Below, in pieces: positions 61,316 through 64,000 of a DNA stretch of 64,000 nt (position 1 is the stretch's first letter; every line of letters begins with the position of its first letter). The DNA comes from Candidatus Eiseniibacteriota bacterium (GTDB lineage Bacteria; Eisenbacteria; RBG-16-71-46; CAVPCR01): NCBI GenBank assembly GCA_963823555.1, contig CAWGMA010000002.1:320001-384000 (forward strand), written 5' to 3'. Both the position numbers and the translations under genes were made by a program. Under the pieces are notes generated by a model. It did not search any database. It was not told the origin of the DNA and saw only the letters and a program-made list of their open reading frames with translations.

Positions 61316-62074
61316 TTACGACTCCTGGACCTGAGGGCCCATGTCCTTGGCCGGCGGTATCGAAGCCGGCCCCGCGGCGGTTCCTTCCGCCGGTGGCAGC
61401 TCGAGCCCGTAGCTCGCCGCAAACTCGGTGAGGGCTTGCTCGGCGAGTACCTGCTGCTCCGCTTCCATGAGCTCCACCTTGGAGGTGTCGATGGTGGTCG
61501 CGGCCACCCGGGTGCGGCCCGCCGCCTTGTCCCGCCGTTCCGTCAGGTATTCCTCGACGCGGTTCAACGTATCGCCGGAGCCGCCGATCGAGGTCACCAT
61601 GCCGGTGGCCATCTCCTGCAGCTCGGCCTGGGCCTCGAGCATCTCGGTCTCGGTGAGGAGGCGCTTCAGCTTCTCGATCTTGGCCTGCGCCTCCTTGACC
61701 GCCACATCGCGCGCCTGGACGAGCTTCTTGAAGGTCTCCTCGGCAGTCTGCAGCTGCGCGCGGTTCTCCTCGAGCTGCTCCTTCACGGTCTTGAGCTGGA
61801 GCGCGTACTGGGCGGCGGCGTTGCGGTTCCCTACCTTCAAGTTGGCCGCAGCCTTGGCCGCCAGGTCGCGCTCCTGCGCCTCGAGGTTCTTGACCTGGCG
61901 CAGGAGCCGTTCGGTGAAACCGGCATGCACGGCGAGATTGTCGTTGTAGCGGGCGATCTGCTGGCGCAGGTTTTCCTTCTCGACCTCGAGCAAGGCCCGG
62001 GGATTCTGGCGCTCGATGCCGGAGATGAAGAGGCCGACAAATCCCCGGATCAGGTTGGAAATGCGCATCCACAT
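61316..62074 (-). CDS. pspA: PspA/IM30 (ESCRT-III-like) family protein
   Basis: Amphipathic MWMRISNLIRGFV N-terminus, ERQNPRALLE motif, long coiled coil. Confidence 0.85.
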   Translation of the reverse strand: MWMRISNLIRGFVGLFISGIERQNPRALLEVEKENLRQQIARYNDNLAVHAGFTERLLRQVKNLEAQERDLAAKAAANLKVGNRNAAAQYALQLKTVKEQLEENRAQLQTAEETFKKLVQARDVAVKEAQAKIEKLKRLLTETEMLEAQAELQEMATGMVTSIGGSGDTLNRVEEYLTERRDKAAGRTRVAATTIDTSKVELMEAEQQVLAEQALTEFAASYGLELPPAEGTAAGPASIPPAKDMGPQVQES

Positions 62075-62164
62075 GGCGGGCTCCTTTGCCGGGCTTTCCT
62101 GCCGGGAGCTCCTCGGCCGGATGGTGCCGGCAACTCGTACGAACCTGACTGCCGCGGGCGGCGG

Positions 62165-62194
62165 ATTATCCGCAGAGCCCCAAGGCAGTGTCAA
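62165..62194 (-). promoter_or_regulatory. sigma70-type promoter of the pspA operon
   Basis: TTGACA-18bp-GATAAT. Confidence 0.5.
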
Positions 62195-62446
62195 CCCGTT
62201 CCCGGAGGTTCAGGGCGCACTGCCAGCACGCCGGCCGGCTGGTGAGCGGGGCGGCGCGATATGGGATCGTCTCTCGGCTGTTTCTCTTGCACAGGAGCAG
62301 GAATGACACCGCGCGATCCCGACCGTGGGAACGGATTGGCGGAGGTGAGAGCGAAGATGAGACCTTGCCGTCAGGTCCGCGGAGTTCCTCGATCCTGGCG
62401 GTTTGCGGGTCGATGTCGATCGGGTCGGTTCATGTTGGCACCTTCC

Positions 62447-64000
62447 CTAATGCAGCAAGAGCATCCTGCGCTGCGCCACTTCGCCGCCCACCTCGAGCCG
62501 ATAGAGGTAGATGCCGCTGGGCAAGGACGTGGCCCCATCGGTGCGACCGTCCCACTGGACCTCATGATTCCCGGCAGCGAGCGTCCCGCCCACGAGCCGC
62601 CGGACGAGCCGCCCGCTGACGTCGTAGATGTCGAGCCGTGCATCTCCCGCCTCGGGCAACGCGAACTCGATCCGCGTGCCGCCGCGGAAGGGATTCGGCT
62701 CGTTCTGGGCGAGAGCGAGCCGCACCGCGGGAGCGGCACCCGGGGAGACCGCGGTGGGCGAGCCCTGCACGGTGAGCACCGCGATGCCGCGGCTCAGGCA
62801 GCTCATCCACAGCTCGTAGCCGCCGGGGATCTCGCGCACCTCCAGGTCCTCGATGGAGCTGTGCGGCAGGCCGCCCCACTGCGGCTCGCCGCCGGGAGGC
62901 GCGGGGAATGAGCCGATGTTCGTCCCGTCATACCAGCACAGTCCCGCGTCGTTCGACGGGTACTCGCTGTCGTACTGCATCCACAGGCGACCATCCGGCG
63001 TGACCGCCATCGGACGCACGTGTTCGCCGGGGAAGGGCCAGCCCTGATCATGCTCGAACATCTGGTAGGAGCCCGTGTTGGCATCGAGACGGATCAGGGT
63101 GCTGCCGGTGCTCGTGAACTGCGTCCACGTTCCGATCCAGGCAATACCGTCGGGCTCGGTGGCAAGGCCAGTGAACCATGTCCCTGATCCGGGGAAGTCG
63201 CCGATGGAACGCGAGAAGGAGTAGGTCCCGTCGGTGCGCAGCAGCTCGTAGTCCGTTGCCGCCCACACGGTGCCTGGGCGTGTTGGGTCCCTCTGGATCT
63301 TGAGGCCCCATCCCGTGATCGGCGCTGAGGTCCAGCCGGTCCCGTCGTGATAATTGAGCGCGAAGTACTCCCCCAGAGCCCATAGTCGGCCGAGCGAATC
63401 CTCGCACATGCGCTCCGCGCCGCCCAGCGATGGGAGCGGGTTGAAGCCCGAGCCGGTCCACTCGTGGATCCCGTAGAGCCAGTCGAGCGGCGAGACCGCG
63501 ACGCGCCCATTGGAGGGTCGATAAGCAAGCGCGGTGCAGAAGTCGTTGGGGAACGGCCAGTCGTACCCGAGGCCATAGGTGAGCGGATTCCATCCCGTCC
63601 AGCGTGCCCCATCGAAACGCACCATCCCCCCGATTCCAGAACCGGCATTGGCCCCTGTGTACATGTAGCCGTTGACGGGGTCGATGGTCAGGTCGCGGTT
63701 GAACTGGTCGAAGTTGGCTGTGTTGGTGATGCGGTAGCGTTGCCACTGGCCGGTCTGCACATTCCATCTTGCCGCCCCTCCGGTCCCGCAAACCCAGACG
63801 TTCCCGGCGGCATCGATGTCCACGCTCTGGGTGTTCTGCCCCGGGCGCCAGATGCCCAGACCTACCCAGCTGGTGCCGTTGAACTGATAGACGGTGCCCA
63901 CGCCGTCGACGAGGAGTGCGCGGCGATCCCCATAGGCCTTGAAGGCCCAGGTGTCGAACGTCACGCCGTAGTAGGGCTCCGGGACCGTGACCCAGGTGCC
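62447..64000 (-). CDS. Beta-propeller repeat protein + FlgD-Ig domain (5' end outside the window)
   Basis: DxxGxxWxG repeats; PNPF...YDVSGRLVRRL...WDGR..SGIYLYRL; the frame stays open to the window edge. Confidence 0.8.
   Translation of the reverse strand, partial: GTWVTVPEPYYGVTFDTWAFKAYGDRRALLVDGVGTVYQFNGTSWVGLGIWRPGQNTQSVDIDAAGNVWVCGTGGAARWNVQTGQWQRYRITNTANFDQFNRDLTIDPVNGYMYTGANAGSGIGGMVRFDGARWTGWNPLTYGLGYDWPFPNDFCTALAYRPSNGRVAVSPLDWLYGIHEWTGSGFNPLPSLGGAERMCEDSLGRLWALGEYFALNYHDGTGWTSAPITGWGLKIQRDPTRPGTVWAATDYELLRTDGTYSFSRSIGDFPGSGTWFTGLATEPDGIAWIGTWTQFTSTGSTLIRLDANTGSYQMFEHDQGWPFPGEHVRPMAVTPDGRLWMQYDSEYPSNDAGLCWYDGTNIGSFPAPPGGEPQWGGLPHSSIEDLEVREIPGGYELWMSCLSRGIAVLTVQGSPTAVSPGAAPAVRLALAQNEPNPFRGGTRIEFALPEAGDARLDIYDVSGRLVRRLVGGTLAAGNHEVQWDGRTDGATSLPSGIYLYRLEVGGEVAQRRMLLLH

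Noticed and set aside
1..64000. CRISPR array, tRNA/rRNA, IS element or prophage
   Set aside because: No regularly spaced direct repeats, cloverleafs, transposase, integrase or phage structural motifs were recognised by eye; short RNAs could have been missed.

Overview
GC-rich bacterial chromosomal DNA with about 46 genes. The many secreted proteins carrying C-terminal FlgD-Ig/'PNPF..WDG' domains and a 'TWGxIK' tail suggest an FCB-related candidate phylum such as Eisenbacteria or Latescibacteria; this is inference only. Contents from left to right: (1) a Na+-pumping decarboxylase operon (biotin ligase-oadG-oadA-oadB); (2) secreted proteins; (3) a glycosylation block (GT-C, nucleotidyltransferase-GT2 fusion, GT2) and an FkbH-ACP-GNAT-deacetylase operon; (4) rsgA with a candidate leader peptide, an RNB nuclease and an amidohydrolase pair; (5) a redox/signalling locus made of three GcvH-like proteins lacking the lipoyl lysine, an HybA-like ferredoxin, an NrfD/HybB-triheme cytochrome fusion, a di-heme sensor kinase, a sigma54 activator and an archaemetzincin, with a candidate sigma54 promoter and repeated enhancer-like boxes; (6) a multicopper oxidase, a C25 gingipain-like protein and a GH13 enzyme; (7) a PspA(ESCRT-III-like)/SBP-OmpA/ABC/coiled-coil/AAA+ ATPase operon. 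Three copies of a parS-like palindrome (TGTTTCCGCGGAAACA) occur in intergenic DNA. Three genes carry frameshifts that look like sequencing indels. No rRNA, tRNA, CRISPR array or transposase was recognised.
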